Assembly (NCBI GenBank): GCA_963719315.1
Contig: CAVRBU010000001.1
Coordinates: forward strand, 608,001-672,000
DNA from: an uncultured Planctomycetota bacterium
GTDB lineage: Bacteria; Planctomycetota; Planctomycetia; Pirellulales; Lacipirellulaceae
Length of the DNA stretch: 64,000 nucleotides
Direction: 5' to 3'
Both the position numbers and the translations under genes were made by a program. This document shows positions 1 through 11,875 of the stretch, in pieces. Within the stretch, counting starts at the first letter, position 1. Every line of letters begins with the position of its first letter. The notes below the pieces were generated by a model. It was not told the DNA's origin, ran no database searches, and worked only from the letters and a program-made list of their open reading frames with translations.

Positions 1-1319
1 GAGTCGGATTCAACTTCGAGGTCAGAATAGTCCCGCCACTTGCTGGGATAACCAATTTTGGGTAAGACGGCCGTGAGTTTGGCCTGGGCCAGCTTTTTTG
101 TTTTATTCCCCATCCAGTCGCGGGAGTCGATCCGCTCGCGATAGGCGGCTACCAGGTTATGCACTAATTCGTCCATTCGCTGTTTGGCGGCCGGCGGAAA
201 GTGCTTCTCGACGTAGATTTTCCCTAGCGCTTCGCCCAGTTCGCCATCGATCGTGGTGACCACCCGTTTCCAGCGAGGTTGCATTTCTTTCACGCCGCGC
301 AACTCCTGGCTGTAGAAGCGGAAGTCCTCGTCTTCAAAGGGGCTGCTCAAGTAGGGAGCCAGCGAATGGACGAGGTGCCAGCGCAAATAGGTTTGCCATT
401 CCGCCAGCGGCACGGTATTCAGCAATTCATTGACGCGTTGGAAAAACTCCGGCTGACCGACGATGACAATGTTAAGGTCGTCTACGCCGAGCGCTTTCAG
501 GTACAATTCCCAATTGAGATTTGGCGTAAGGTCCTTAAGCTCCTGCAGCGTTTTTCGGTTATAGTTTGCCTCGCGATCGCGAAGCTGTACCGGCGTGCGC
601 GAGGACTCGGCTAACTTGGTTTCGATTTGCAATACGATGTCGGCGCCGGCGGCAGCCTGTTTTGCATCATCGCCCAATAGACCAAGCATCTTGGCGACGT
701 GCTTATGATATTCGTCGCGCACGTGCACCGAATCTTTTGACTTGCCCACGTAATAGTCTCGATCCGGTAAACCCAAACCGCCTTGATCGAGATGGACGGC
801 GTAACGGGTGCTCTGTTTCTCGTCTTGGCTCACCGACAGGTCGAATACGGTCGAAAGGCCCGTGGCGCGCAGGCGGCCGACTTCGGTTATCAAGTCATCG
901 GACGTTTTAACTTTGGCGATCCGCTCGAGTTCCGCCGACAAGGGCTTTGCACCCTGCTGCTCTACGGCCGCTTCGTCCATCGCAGTGCGATAAAAATCGC
1001 GAAGCTTACGGCGTTCCTCCGTCAGTGGTTCCTTCTGCTTTGTGAGCTCATCGAGAATATCACGTAGCGCGACCAGATTGTCGTCACGCAGCTTCTGGAA
1101 TGCGCCCCACTTGCTATACTCGGGTGGAATCGGATTTTGTTCGATCCACTTACCGTTGACGTACTGGAAGAAATCATCGCCCGGCTTGACGGACGTCTCG
1201 AATGTCGCCCGGTCGATTCCGCTCTTGAGAACGGTCTCGGCTGCCGGGCAAACGGCCGCGCTCGCCCATGTAAACAACACACACCACAACAATAGCAAGA
1301 TAGTAGGACGAGTTCGCAT
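1..1319 (-). CDS. M13 family (neprilysin/PepO-like) metallopeptidase, runs off the window's left edge
   Basis: Manual translation from ATG at 1319: signal peptide MRTRPTILLLLWCVLFTWASAAVC, then SGIDRATFETSVKPGDDFFQYVNGKW and QGGLGLPDRDYY, typical of the M13 N-terminal domain. Absent from the ORF track because there is no stop inside the window. Confidence 0.85.
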   Translation of the reverse strand, partial: MRTRPTILLLLWCVLFTWASAAVCPAAETVLKSGIDRATFETSVKPGDDFFQYVNGKWIEQNPIPPEYSKWGAFQKLRDDNLVALRDILDELTKQKEPLTEERRKLRDFYRTAMDEAAVEQQGAKPLSAELERIAKVKTSDDLITEVGRLRATGLSTVFDLSVSQDEKQSTRYAVHLDQGGLGLPDRDYYVGKSKDSVHVRDEYHKHVAKMLGLLGDDAKQAAAGADIVLQIETKLAESSRTPVQLRDREANYNRKTLQELKDLTPNLNWELYLKALGVDDLNIVIVGQPEFFQRVNELLNTVPLAEWQTYLRWHLVHSLAPYLSSPFEDEDFRFYSQELRGVKEMQPRWKRVVTTIDGELGEALGKIYVEKHFPPAAKQRMDELVHNLVAAYRERIDSRDWMGNKTKKLAQAKLTAVLPKIGYPSKWRDYSDLEVESD

Positions 1320-1394
1320 GGGACTCCGAGATTTGTTTGGCGTCGGCAGATAAACAGGGGAGTAACTCGACGGCGAGAAGCCGCGCCGCGACCG

Positions 1395-1424
1395 AAAATA
1401 CCCCGCCAATTTAGCGGGGTTTTT
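1395..1424. terminator. Possible intrinsic terminator
   Basis: CCCCGC-caattta-GCGGGG stem flanked by A-rich and T-rich tracts, just downstream of the minus-strand gene ending at 1477. Confidence 0.4.
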
Positions 1425-1476
1425 CCTCGGGCACTAGCGTGAGCGCCAGCTTGCGGAATTGAACCCGATGCGGCTG

Positions 1477-2156
1477 CTATTTCGAAGCGCTGTTGGAATT
1501 GGGGCGATCAGCCGGTAAATTGTCGCGCTGAGGCGGTGGGAGTTCCTCTGGGCGATCACCGTTGGCGGGTGCGGAATTATCTTGCCGCGAAATCATTTCA
1601 AACAAGACGTTCTTGCATGGCGGAAAAGGCCGGGAGTTGTGCAATCTTCCGATATCGGGGGTCGGCCGCCACGTCGCGAAACCGTTGCAGCAGTTTTTTC
1701 GCCGCGCCGCGGCGAGCATCTGTATCTGCCACGGAGCCCGCGGCGAGCTCCTCCGGCAGGCGGAGGTAACGCTGCCAGGTTGTGCCGGAGTCGAAGCGAT
1801 TTAAGCGTGAGTTCAACCGGTCCGAGGTGATCCGAAGTGCGGCTCGCTAGCGAATTGTCATCCATTGCCGCCAGCGCGTGGGGCGAGGGAAACGGCGGCT
1901 GAACGACTGGCCGCATGTTGATTGCTGGTTGCGGGCCGACGTAAATTGATCTTCCACCAACGTCGACGGCCGTGAACGGTGCTCGCACCGAAACGCCGCC
2001 GCGCGGATATACGTCGACACTTACAAACGGCGCCCGCACGTGGACGCCATCGGTTAGCCCGACGCTCACGCGTTGGGCTTGAGAAGCGTTTGGCAGGAAC
2101 AGGACTGCCGCGCCTAAAACCCCCGCCGCGCACGAAGTAGAGACAATTCGTCGCAT
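1477..2156 (-). CDS. Secreted hypothetical protein, interrupted by two apparent 1-nt frameshifts
   Basis: Signal peptide and VRAPF repeats (ORF 1593..2156). The coding-like frame continues in ORF 1598..1816 (RLNRFDSGTTWQRYL) and ORF 1477..1719 (EMISRQ...). Shifts near 1845 and 1600. Confidence 0.55.
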
Positions 2157-2306
2157 GTCGCACCTCCTGTCGCTATGCGGAAGACTCCTCGAAGCAATTA
2201 CCCCTGTCGGTAATTCTATCGCCTTTCTCGCGCGAGTGTAGCTGGGGAACTTGTAGATTGCCTTTGGCGGCTGGAAACCACCGCTTCGTCGAAAGCGGGC
2301 AGACTG

Positions 2307-4211
2307 CTACTTTGCCCGCGGCGCGATGATTTTGGCGAGAATGTCCGGCTTGGATTCGACCCGCTCGAGATGCGGGAAACGCGGGCCGCCGTCATAAGTT
2401 AGTTTTTTGGTGCTGTAGTAGCTCGCGTTTTCCACCAGCAGTTCGACGCCTTTAGTCTTCGGCGTGTTGGCGATAGCGTCCTTGAGCAAGTCTTCATCAA
2501 ATTTTCGACCATCGACCGCCACGATTTTCATGTTGGGTGCGAGGCCCCCCTTGTCAGCCGGCGAGCCGGGGACAACGTCGATGATTTCGTGCCTATCACC
2601 GTCGTTGCCGACGACGATGCCCAAGCTGTATCGCAGATCGATCCTTTTGTTGGCCTTTTCGCTCGCGGCAAGGAGTTTGTTCGGCTTACTGTTGTAAATG
2701 AGCTTCCAACCACCTTGCTCGATGCCCCCAAGTGGTGGCTGTGGGTCGAGCGACGTGAGGCGGGTCGTGAAAAACGCTTTCCAATCATTGGGGGCAATCG
2801 CGTTGAGTGCCTTGTACACGTCGTCGGCTGTATAAGGCGCGACCGTTGGCTTCGAGCCACCGAGCGCAGGTCCGCCGGAGCCTTCGCCGTGGAACGCGCG
2901 GCAGAAATCGTCGAGCGTTTTATGGCCGTTCGTTTTCTGGCGGATGAGCGTATCGGCTTCGAGCCAGATGAGCTCGCCTTCGTCGTAGAAATCGACGCCG
3001 CGGCGGCGCATGCTCCAGTTTTTGCCGGACGCGTATAGCTTGGAGGCCATATCGGCAGTGTCTTGAAGAGGGCGCCAGGTGCGGCCTTGCTTGGCGGCTA
3101 GGGTGGCGGTAATTGCCGCCAGGTTCTCTCGATATTCTTCGGGCGTCCACAGCCCGGTGCGGGCGGCCATTAGATCTCCGTAGTATTCCGTCAATCCTTC
3201 GTAGGCCCAGAGCAAATCGTCCTGCATTGGCTTTTGATAGTCTGGCGACAGGAGCCCGGTTGGCCGGCGGTGCTTGCCATTCCAGGAGTGGAAATATTCG
3301 TGCGTCAGCAGGCCGGCGAAGTTCTGAAATATGTCATCATCGATAAGAGCGCGTTCGGGCGCACGGTTCGCGGAACATTGGTGATGCTCCAAGCCGGTCT
3401 GATGCATCTGGTCGCTCAGAGCGACGAGAAAATGATAGCGCTCATAATGGCGAGCGCCAAACAGCGCCGCATACTCCGCCGGCACGCGCCGATATGCCTT
3501 TAATCGCTCCGGGCTAATCGCCAGGGCGGCTTCGCTGTCGGCGGCGATGTCGAGGAAGTGTGGCGGCTTCGCGCCCGGCGTGAGATCAATTTGCTTGAAG
3601 TGCTTGCCAGCGAGCACGGGCTGGTCAATGAGCATTTCGAGCGACACGGGTTTGAAGTGAATGGCGGCATCGCCTGGCGCCTTGGGCAACTCCTGCATGG
3701 AACATCCAAAACTCCAACCGGCCGGCAAAACGACGGATGGGTCCACAACAAGCTTCGCGGCATCACTTCCCTGCGGGAACAACGCGATGACGTTCCAATT
3801 CAGCAATGCCAGTTGGTCGGAAGTGGTTGGATCTTCCTCCGGGCCGCCACTGGTCGATGCGAATGACTCCAAGTTCACTTCGAGGCTGGCGACACCGGAT
3901 GGAATCTCAAGATGGACGGCATACGTATCGGTCAGATCGCGCCGCCAAGCGACGGGCTTTCCGGCGGCAGAAAACTTCAGCCCTGCCAGATCAGTGATCG
4001 GCCCCGTCGGGCTGTGGTCGCCGGGGATCCATTGTGGATAAACCAATGTGAGGGGACCGGGCTTCACCGGGATCGTGAGTGTGGCACGCATGAGGCCGCG
4101 TGGGGCGTCGGTGAGGTCGGCGCGGATCGTCATATTCTGGGCAGCCGCGAAGGGCGCCGTCCACAGAATGGCAATCCAGGCGTAAGCGATCGATCGAAAG
4201 ATAATCTGCAC
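2307..4211 (-). CDS. M61 family glycyl aminopeptidase with C-terminal PDZ domain
   Basis: WIPG, GLEH, HEYFHSWN zinc motif, LWAYEGLTEY, C-terminal PDZ (VVPGSPADKGGL). GTG start at 4211 chosen because it precedes the signal peptide. Confidence 0.9.
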   Translation of the reverse strand: MQIIFRSIAYAWIAILWTAPFAAAQNMTIRADLTDAPRGLMRATLTIPVKPGPLTLVYPQWIPGDHSPTGPITDLAGLKFSAAGKPVAWRRDLTDTYAVHLEIPSGVASLEVNLESFASTSGGPEEDPTTSDQLALLNWNVIALFPQGSDAAKLVVDPSVVLPAGWSFGCSMQELPKAPGDAAIHFKPVSLEMLIDQPVLAGKHFKQIDLTPGAKPPHFLDIAADSEAALAISPERLKAYRRVPAEYAALFGARHYERYHFLVALSDQMHQTGLEHHQCSANRAPERALIDDDIFQNFAGLLTHEYFHSWNGKHRRPTGLLSPDYQKPMQDDLLWAYEGLTEYYGDLMAARTGLWTPEEYRENLAAITATLAAKQGRTWRPLQDTADMASKLYASGKNWSMRRRGVDFYDEGELIWLEADTLIRQKTNGHKTLDDFCRAFHGEGSGGPALGGSKPTVAPYTADDVYKALNAIAPNDWKAFFTTRLTSLDPQPPLGGIEQGGWKLIYNSKPNKLLAASEKANKRIDLRYSLGIVVGNDGDRHEIIDVVPGSPADKGGLAPNMKIVAVDGRKFDEDLLKDAIANTPKTKGVELLVENASYYSTKKLTYDGGPRFPHLERVESKPDILAKIIAPRAK

Positions 4212-4441
4212 TGCGAACTCCGTTGCTCGGAAATGTTCAGTGAAAGTCTGGGGCAACCGTGCTAATATGGTGGACGAACGGGCCGATTGCCAGTGGGCGG
4301 CCGCTGTGGAAAACGGTTCATTCATTGCGCACTGGAGCCAAGCTGGATTTTTGCCCCCGAATGCCGCTCACCGTGAGTCCTTGGTTTGAAACCGGCCACT
4401 GCGATTCAAGAACGTTTGCTGGCAACTTGAGAAAGACCATC

Positions 4442-5758
4442 ATGCCTGACGAAATCTCCAGACGAAACTTTGCATTGACGAGCGCCGCGGTCGTCGCGGC
4501 GGGCGCGAAACTAGCTCAGGCTCAGACGAAACCTCGCCCAAGTGCTAATGAGCGGATCCGATTGGGCTTCATCGGCGTCGCCAACCGCGGGCAACAACTC
4601 CTGCAGGCGTTTGGGAAACATGCAGACGCCGAGATCGTCGCGATTTGTGACATCGACCAGCGTTCGCTCGCTCAGGCAAAATCCATTATCAAAGGCGATT
4701 CCGAGACATTCACCGATTTTCGGCGCCTGATCGACCGTAAGGATCTCGACGCGGTGGTGATCGCCACACCCGATCATTGGCACGCAATCCACATGATCTC
4801 AGCCTGCGACGCGGGCAAGGATGTGTACGTCGAGAAGCCATTGAGCGTTACAGTGCACGAAGGCCGGCGGATGGTCGAGGCCGCGCGGCGGAACAAGCGT
4901 GTTGTGCAAGTGGGAACGCATCGCCGCAGCTCGCCGCTGTATGCGGACCTCGTCAAGCGGACGACCGCCGGTGAGTTCGGTAAGATCTGCGTAAGCCGGG
5001 CGTATCGAATCTCCAATATGTTTCCCGACGGGATCGGACACCGCAAACCAGTTGCTCCGCCCAGCGAGTTGGGTTGGGATACGTGGCTCGGACCTCGGCC
5101 GCTGCGGCCGTATCAGGACAACATCGCGCCCTACAAGTTTCGTTGGTGGCACGAGTTTTCGTCGCAAATAGGAAATTGGGGTGTTCACTACCTGGATGCA
5201 ATCCGCTGGTGCCTGGATGAAGTCGCACCGGCCTCGGTATGCGCCATGGGCGGGCGGTACGTGGTTGACGATGATCGCACGATTCCGGATACGATGGAGG
5301 TTTGTTTCGAATTCGCGTCCGGGCGGATGGCGATTTTTGGCCAGTACGAATCCAGCGGGACCCCGATTTTCTCCTCCGGCGAAATCGAGATGCGCGGCAC
5401 CCAGGGGACAATTTACGTTGGTGGCGACGGATATAAGGTCGTGCCTGAACGCAGAGGCCAATTTCAAAAGAGCGCGCCGCGGATGAAGGCGCAGACCGTA
5501 GAAGATAAGAATGGCGGCAACGACGCTTTGACCGCGTTACATGCCAGAAACTTTCTCGACTGCATGCGATCGCGGAAGGAGCCCAATGCGGATGTCGAGA
5601 TTGGCCACCGTTCGACGACCTTTGCATTGATCGCCAACATTTCGTTGAAGGTCGGCGAGCGCCTGCACTGGGACCAGGAGCGGGAACGTTTCACAAACAG
5701 CGAAGCGGCCAACAAGCTGCTGCACTATGAATATCGCGCACCGTGGAAACTCGGCTGA
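4442..5758 (+). CDS. Gfo/Idh/MocA family oxidoreductase with Tat signal
   Basis: SRRNF Tat motif, GFIGVANRG, ATPDHWH, YVEKP. Confidence 0.9.
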   Translation: MPDEISRRNFALTSAAVVAAGAKLAQAQTKPRPSANERIRLGFIGVANRGQQLLQAFGKHADAEIVAICDIDQRSLAQAKSIIKGDSETFTDFRRLIDRKDLDAVVIATPDHWHAIHMISACDAGKDVYVEKPLSVTVHEGRRMVEAARRNKRVVQVGTHRRSSPLYADLVKRTTAGEFGKICVSRAYRISNMFPDGIGHRKPVAPPSELGWDTWLGPRPLRPYQDNIAPYKFRWWHEFSSQIGNWGVHYLDAIRWCLDEVAPASVCAMGGRYVVDDDRTIPDTMEVCFEFASGRMAIFGQYESSGTPIFSSGEIEMRGTQGTIYVGGDGYKVVPERRGQFQKSAPRMKAQTVEDKNGGNDALTALHARNFLDCMRSRKEPNADVEIGHRSTTFALIANISLKVGERLHWDQERERFTNSEAANKLLHYEYRAPWKLG

Positions 5759-5880
5759 TACCACACGGAGCTAACCAATGGACATTGCGCAGGGACATTG
5801 GTCTCGTCTCCGACACCCCATTAAAATGGCATCGCACGGAGAACGGAAGGAGCGGGCGTAGGTCGCCGCCTGCACTTCGA

Positions 5881-6834
5881 TTAGTCGTTTGGCAAATTGT
5901 ATTTCTTGCGGATTGCTTCCCGATCGAAATTGGCTGGCGGCTCTTCGTCGTGATTCGCTTCCATGTCCGCCATGGTTTTGGGCCGATCGTGGACGCCTGA
6001 GGGCGGCACTTCGACTTTTGCGCACCATGTGATCGCGTTTAACACGAGTTTGCGGAAATTTGGATCGGACCAATTCCAATGCCAATGGGCGCCGGTAAAG
6101 CCGAAGCCTCGCCCCCCATCATCTCGCTGCACGGCCCACGCCACGTGCTGAACTTCACCCCGCGCGATGGCGGTCCGCACGGCCGGGTTCCCAGCGTGAG
6201 GATCATCCGGGCGCGAAAGCGATTCGGGAGGCGGTAGCGCGGTTAAGATCGGCGTCACGCCCTGCATGCCCTTGCGAAACCGGATATGATAGTACCATTC
6301 GTCTTCGATCTCGAATGGTTTGACACCGCGGGTGATTGGATGCTCGGGAAGCTTGGTGAACCTGGCCGTCCAATGCGGGTTGACTGACCAATCCGTTTCG
6401 AAATAGCCGCCGATCCAATCCAATAGCTTATCCGCCGCAGGCCCCTTCGGAACCTCGACCGCGTAATGCAGGCAGACGACCCCCACCCCTTTTTTGGCCA
6501 GCGCGCCCAGCTCATCCAAGTGCGTCATGACCATGTGTCCCTGCCCGCCGTCGCCATACATAACTACGCAATCGGCGCCTTCGAGCAGCTTCGCATCTTG
6601 CGGCCAATCGTAGTGAGAGACTTGGGCCTCGATCGGAAGACCGCTTTCGTTAAGCGACTTCGACAGCAGCATGCAACCGGCCAAGTGATCGTGCGCACCG
6701 TAGCCGTGGCTGGGTTTCCCTGCCAGGAACAACACCTTTCGTTTGGCGCCGGTCCCGTCCGCGGCGGAAAGACAAGTCGCCGCGACGCACAACAGCAAAA
6801 ACGAACAAAGTAACGAACAACATGGGAATCTCAT
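5881..6834 (-). CDS. ThuA-like (class I glutamine amidotransferase-like) secreted protein
   Basis: Signal peptide, SHGYGAHDH, LHYAV, HPITRGV, DEWYY, GRGFGFTGAHWH. Confidence 0.8.
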   Translation of the reverse strand: MRFPCCSLLCSFLLLCVAATCLSAADGTGAKRKVLFLAGKPSHGYGAHDHLAGCMLLSKSLNESGLPIEAQVSHYDWPQDAKLLEGADCVVMYGDGGQGHMVMTHLDELGALAKKGVGVVCLHYAVEVPKGPAADKLLDWIGGYFETDWSVNPHWTARFTKLPEHPITRGVKPFEIEDEWYYHIRFRKGMQGVTPILTALPPPESLSRPDDPHAGNPAVRTAIARGEVQHVAWAVQRDDGGRGFGFTGAHWHWNWSDPNFRKLVLNAITWCAKVEVPPSGVHDRPKTMADMEANHDEEPPANFDREAIRKKYNLPND

Positions 6835-6925
6835 CGCGTCAATTCCTGTCTATACGAGCACTCTGAACTGCGTCGCAGTCGACGCCCGCCCACGGCACAG
6901 ATTATCAATGCTTGACCTGTCGCGC

Positions 6926-8077
6926 TCATGGCGTTCGTGCCTCCGCGGGAACCGCCTGAAAACTGGCGCTACTGTACCGACGGTCGCCCAGGATTTCGCC
7001 CGGCTGCCGCGCCGTGTCATTCGGAGTCGCCAGTCCCAATGTTGGGAACAACAATTCGGCCACGCGGTAGGCTTCTTCCAAATGGGGATAACCGGACAAG
7101 ATAAATGTTTCCAATCCCAGATCCTGGTACTCGCGGATCCGCGCCGCCACCTGTTCTGGATCGCCTACCAGCGCCGTTCCAGCGCCGCCGCGTACCAGAC
7201 CCACGCCTGCCCACAGGTTCGGCGCAATTACCAGCTTGGAGCGATCTCCCCCGTGTAACTCCGCCATTCGGCGCTGCCCTTCGGACTGAATACGCGAGAG
7301 ATTCGCCTTCGACGCCGCGATCGTCTCGTCGGAAACATAGCGAATCAAACTATCCGCTGCCGCCCAGGCCTCGCGTTCTGTTTCCCGCACGATCACGTGC
7401 AAACGAATTCCGAAACGCAACGTCCTACCTTGGTCCGCCGCGCGTTTCCGTACATCGTCCAGCTTTGCGGCCACCTTCTCCGGCGGCTCACCCCAGGTGA
7501 GATACACATCCACGTGCTTGGCGGCAACGTCGTGGGCCGCCGGCGATGACCCACCGAAGTACAAGGCAGGGTACGGCTTCTGCACGGGATACACGGACAG
7601 TTGCCCGCCGTGCGACTGAATGTGCTTGCCTTCAAACGCCACTCGCTCCCGACGCAACAATCGTCGCCATACCTCTAAAAACTCATCCGTCAACTCGTAG
7701 CGGCCGTCGTGGTCCAGTGTGATGCCATCGCCGGCAAGCTCCTCCGCGTCGCCTCCGGCCACGACATTGATCAGTACCCTTCCCTCGCTAAATCGATCGA
7801 GCGTCGCCGTCATCCGGGCAGCCTGACCGGGTGTTGTAAGTCCGGGTCGCACCGCCACCAAGAATTTTAGCTTCTTCGTCGCCGGCGCCAGCAAAGACGC
7901 AGTTACCCAAGCATCTTCGCAACCGCGCCCCGTCGGTAGCAGCGCGCCAGTGTAACCCAAATCATCGATCGCCGCCGCTATCTGTTGCAAATAGGTCAGC
8001 GTGATCGACCGCGCACCGATCGGCGTGCCTAAATATCTCCCATCGCCAAACGTTGGAAAGAACCAAAATGCTTCCAT
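6926..8077 (-). CDS. ssuD: FMNH2-dependent alkanesulfonate monooxygenase
   Basis: [56 protein letters not shown] match SsuD. Confidence 0.9.
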   Translation of the reverse strand: MEAFWFFPTFGDGRYLGTPIGARSITLTYLQQIAAAIDDLGYTGALLPTGRGCEDAWVTASLLAPATKKLKFLVAVRPGLTTPGQAARMTATLDRFSEGRVLINVVAGGDAEELAGDGITLDHDGRYELTDEFLEVWRRLLRRERVAFEGKHIQSHGGQLSVYPVQKPYPALYFGGSSPAAHDVAAKHVDVYLTWGEPPEKVAAKLDDVRKRAADQGRTLRFGIRLHVIVRETEREAWAAADSLIRYVSDETIAASKANLSRIQSEGQRRMAELHGGDRSKLVIAPNLWAGVGLVRGGAGTALVGDPEQVAARIREYQDLGLETFILSGYPHLEEAYRVAELLFPTLGLATPNDTARQPGEILGDRRYSSASFQAVPAEARTP

Positions 8078-8094
8078 GGTCGTCCTACTTCTAT

Positions 8095-10176
8095 TTATCG
8101 TTCAACCCGTTGTTCTGGCCCAGAGGCTGGTCGTGATCCTGCACTGCATGGTAATCCACTTGCAGTGCTACGACAAAGAGTGCGGAGGATGCCCAGGGAC
8201 GTGACACAGATACCGACGAGCAGCATGCTCCAAGTTGTGGGTTCGGGCGCTGGAATTCCTAGGGGCAGGCCGAGACTCGTACTGTTGCCGACAAGTTGAC
8301 CGAAGTGGGCCCGCCAACGATCAAAATCGTCCGGACCCACGCCGGGGGTGTCGTCATTCGCGAGCGATGTGCCGATTCCCAGGTTGCTGCGCCACACAAC
8401 ATAATCGGCTGTGTCCACGACGCCGTTCTGGTTGTAGTCGCCAGGCAAAGGCGACGCAACGAATTTTGTAATATGCAGTCTACCAGGGCCTGTGATGAGC
8501 GGACTAGTGAACTGAGCGCCCGAACCAACTGCGCCCCAGATTCCGGTTGGCCGCGAGATGCCATCGATGAATAAGGAGCCAATGATGTCCGGGACGTCGG
8601 TGAAATTCAAATTGAGTGTCGCACCGATCGCCAGGTAAACGTCCGCCGCATCGGCGAGCATGGGGGTATCGAGGCGGAGCGTGCCTTCCTGAACCGTTGT
8701 CGCGTCACTGTAGGAATTCGTGCCACCGAGCTCGAGTGCGCCGGCACCGCTTTTTGTCAGCCCGCCGGGGCCGCTGATGTTCCCATCGAGATGAAATGTG
8801 CCATTAACAATGGTCGCCTTCAAGCTGTCTGCCAGTTGCACATCCGCGGCGATGATGTGACTGCCTTGCGTGGAAGTGAGCGTGGCGGCACCGCCGGGTT
8901 CGTCCAATATCAAGCTGCCGCCGCTGCCGGGGCTGATCGTGTAAGTGTAGGGGCTGTCGAACGTGAGCGTGCCCACCGTTTTGTTTCCGTCGAGTGTGAT
9001 CGTTTGACTCCCGGAGAGAGTGCGCCAGAAATTTGCCTCAGCGCCTTTCCCATTGGGTACTCCGCCCAGCCAGTTCAGTGGTTGGCTCCAACTCAAGGGA
9101 ATCGTCGTGCCATTCACATTGACGGCTGAATCCGAGAGCCATTGAGGCTTCTGGCTGGGCAGGACGCGGCGCGAGCGGTAATAGTACTCGTGTTGAATCT
9201 GCTCGGCCTCGGTGATCCCCATCGTGTTGCCGCCCCACGCGTAGGCCAGGAAGCCGGCAAATCCGACGTTATAAATGGCATCCTGCCGGATCTGAATCAC
9301 CGTGTCCCAGTCGGCGGCCGAAATTCCCGCGCGTCCAAAACCATTCCCGGCTGTGGTGTTGCCGAAATGCTCGCCCAGGAACAGTCGCGATCTGCCTACT
9401 CCAACTGCCGTGTAGGTATCGATCGACGCCTGGTACTGGTTTTGAGCCCAGGCGACGCGCGATGCATAGCTCGATCCGCCTGCGATTACTTCCGGACCGC
9501 TGAGATAATTCTCTACCCCGATGTATGATTTGTCCGCGAGCGCCTGCCAGGAAGCTCCGTTGTTCGTGCTGCCGGTGCCCACCGTGGCAAAGGGCGCATA
9601 CGTGACGACGTTAAAACCATAGACATCGTGCAATCGTGTGACGCAGTCGATGACCCACTGCCGGTGCGAGTTAAGGCTGGGCGCTCCTGGATTCTGTGGC
9701 CAGAGGCTGGCCGAAATTTCGTTGAGAACGAGCCATGTCGGCTTGGGGCCGTTGTGCGTGGAGTTGCTGGTGGCGTAGGCGTTGATCGCGTCGGCCTCCT
9801 GAGTCGCCGTGGGCTTGGGGGTTTTGTTGTAGTCGGCCAGAAAGTTGTTGTAGAACTGGGCCAGTTCGTTGCCGGCAGCGACCATCTCCGGACGATGGTT
9901 GTCCGTCGACGTCGTCATCAAGTTGCCATTGATGCTGGGATAATTGAGGACATCGAACTGAGCCTGGCCGAAATGCGGACTCGCACCGGGCATGCCCGCT
10001 TTGTCGAACGACGTGTAATCGAAATGGACGTCGTACGCTGCCGCGACGATTGGAAACGCCAGTAATAGCGACACCACGCTCACAGGCGCGGAACGAGATT
10101 GCGACAGCAAGGCAGCGACCGACCCCAAGCGACCTGTTGACCCCGGTGCTTTTGCACACGACTCCACGGCTTCCAA
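8095..10176 (-). CDS. Secreted PEP-CTERM protein: unknown N-terminal domain, autotransporter-associated beta-strand repeat, dockerin-like tail
   Basis: [18 protein letters not shown] repeat, [18 protein letters not shown] followed by a TM segment. The exact start is uncertain. Confidence 0.8.
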   Translation of the reverse strand: MEAVESCAKAPGSTGRLGSVAALLSQSRSAPVSVVSLLLAFPIVAAAYDVHFDYTSFDKAGMPGASPHFGQAQFDVLNYPSINGNLMTTSTDNHRPEMVAAGNELAQFYNNFLADYNKTPKPTATQEADAINAYATSNSTHNGPKPTWLVLNEISASLWPQNPGAPSLNSHRQWVIDCVTRLHDVYGFNVVTYAPFATVGTGSTNNGASWQALADKSYIGVENYLSGPEVIAGGSSYASRVAWAQNQYQASIDTYTAVGVGRSRLFLGEHFGNTTAGNGFGRAGISAADWDTVIQIRQDAIYNVGFAGFLAYAWGGNTMGITEAEQIQHEYYYRSRRVLPSQKPQWLSDSAVNVNGTTIPLSWSQPLNWLGGVPNGKGAEANFWRTLSGSQTITLDGNKTVGTLTFDSPYTYTISPGSGGSLILDEPGGAATLTSTQGSHIIAADVQLADSLKATIVNGTFHLDGNISGPGGLTKSGAGALELGGTNSYSDATTVQEGTLRLDTPMLADAADVYLAIGATLNLNFTDVPDIIGSLFIDGISRPTGIWGAVGSGAQFTSPLITGPGRLHITKFVASPLPGDYNQNGVVDTADYVVWRSNLGIGTSLANDDTPGVGPDDFDRWRAHFGQLVGNSTSLGLPLGIPAPEPTTWSMLLVGICVTSLGILRTLCRSTASGLPCSAGSRPASGPEQRVER

Positions 10177-10220
10177 AGTCTCAAGTATCGCAAATGCATC
10201 GTTGCCTGGGCGCTAGTCGA

Positions 10221-10640
10221 TTACTTCGGCTTCGACGTGAGTTCGAAATCAAAGGTGTTATGCTTGCCGGCCACGACTTCGCGGCGAAGTTCTGACTGCG
10301 TTTTATAGCGCGAGGGCACGAGCTTCGGACGCTTCATGGATTCGCCATTTGGGCCCGAGATCACATTATCCGCCTCGATCCGCACCGAGTGCCAGCCGAT
10401 CAGGGCGCCTTGCTGACCCCGCTTGTAGCCAAGCTCGTAACGGCCATCGCGGTCGGTCGCACCGTACGATGGCGAGCCGCTCGCTTCGGGTTGAAACAAT
10501 ACCAGGGCTGAGCTAACGGGATCTCCATCGAGCGTCACGCGGCCGCTCACGGGGGCCAACTCCGGTCCCGAACTGCCGCAGCCGACAAATATCGCAAGTG
10601 GCAAGATTCCGCATATCGTCCAATAGCGAGTTTGACGCAT
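10221..10640 (-). CDS. Planctomycete lipoprotein (carboxypeptidase regulatory-like domain)
   Basis: Lipobox FVGC, VSGRVTLDG, TDRDGRYEL, P-x-RY...FDFEL. Typical partner of DUF1559 genes. Confidence 0.8.
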   Translation of the reverse strand: MRQTRYWTICGILPLAIFVGCGSSGPELAPVSGRVTLDGDPVSSALVLFQPEASGSPSYGATDRDGRYELGYKRGQQGALIGWHSVRIEADNVISGPNGESMKRPKLVPSRYKTQSELRREVVAGKHNTFDFELTSKPK

Positions 10641-10744
10641 GTGTCTCCCGAATGCCCCGCCACTATGGCGATTTGATCTGGCCCGATTGATGAACGGGAA
10701 CGCGCTAAACCGTGTTCCGCGAGCAACAGCGGCACCGGCCGCCG

Positions 10745-11875
10745 CTAGTAACCGTCCACGGGCAAGTCATCGTTCCGCACGCCCAGACGCTGATAGACTC
10801 CGATCATCACTCCGTTGCTGCCCACAGTTTTGAACTGTTCAGCGGGCTGCAATCGATCGTTCGGAGGAATCGCGTCGTTGAAATCGATGTCGTCGTTGAT
10901 GAAGTGGACTGAGCCATCGCAATAGGCAAATTGAGCGCCGCCCGAGTGTTTGCTCCCGAAGCCCTCGGTGCACGAGTTGTGCTTTCCCGTCAGTGGATGA
11001 TTTACTTTCAACTCACTCACGCGACCGAGTACCCAGTACGGACCATACATATCTGCTCCCGCGGGGTTTCGCACACCGATCCACGTGGCCGCGAGACAAA
11101 ACGAATCCCGTTCGCCGAGCATAAATGTCTTCGAGGCGCCATCAGTTATTTGCTTCATGCTTACTGGGAAGCCGCCTTGAAAAACGCCGTTTCCCACACA
11201 CGTATTGCGGTCGGGCACCCAATCGAGCTCTGTGTGGTGGGCGGGGTCCGATATGCACTTCATGTCGACGAAGCCCTTTGATCCCGCATAGTTTGAGGTG
11301 GAGGGTAAAAACGGCTGAGCCGGAACCTGCTTGGAATACTTGCCGAGGAATTGTCGCTCCCACCCCTCGGTGCCGAATCCTCGAGGCAGTGCGGCCCCCG
11401 CGCGATTTTGCGCGGCATTCTCAGGCGTGCCATCGTAGGGCACTGGGTTCGGTGTATCGTCGGAAGGGCAACGAAAGACGGCAAGCGGCGCCTGCAGGGG
11501 CGCGAGCTCTTGAATGTTGGTCTTCGCGGCGATGAAGACATCGGCCAATCGGCGCTGCTGCGGCTTCAATTGGTCATAGATTCCCTGTTCTTCCAAATAC
11601 GGCAACGTGTACGTGGGCCACGCCCAGCCCTCGACAATAAGTGGCTGGCTGACGTAGCCGACTGGCAAGTGTTTGTTCGTGGATTCGTAGTTAAGCGCGG
11701 CTAGTGCGATGTTTTTCAAGTGGTTCTGACATTCGGCTCGCCGCGCCGCCTCTCGCGCCGCCTGGACCGCCGGCAGTAGCAGGGCTACCAAAATGCCGAT
11801 TATGGCGATTACGACCAACAACTCGACGAGCGTGAAACCCTTGCGAGGAAATTGCGAGCGAACGGCAACGCGCAT
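10745..11875 (-). CDS. DUF1559 prepilin-type N-terminal cleavage/methylation domain protein
   Basis: [39 protein letters not shown]-terminal H-X9-DG ([12 protein letters not shown]), GGGAG RBS before the ATG at 11875. Confidence 0.93.
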   Translation of the reverse strand: MRVAVRSQFPRKGFTLVELLVVIAIIGILVALLLPAVQAAREAARRAECQNHLKNIALAALNYESTNKHLPVGYVSQPLIVEGWAWPTYTLPYLEEQGIYDQLKPQQRRLADVFIAAKTNIQELAPLQAPLAVFRCPSDDTPNPVPYDGTPENAAQNRAGAALPRGFGTEGWERQFLGKYSKQVPAQPFLPSTSNYAGSKGFVDMKCISDPAHHTELDWVPDRNTCVGNGVFQGGFPVSMKQITDGASKTFMLGERDSFCLAATWIGVRNPAGADMYGPYWVLGRVSELKVNHPLTGKHNSCTEGFGSKHSGGAQFAYCDGSVHFINDDIDFNDAIPPNDRLQPAEQFKTVGSNGVMIGVYQRLGVRNDDLPVDGY

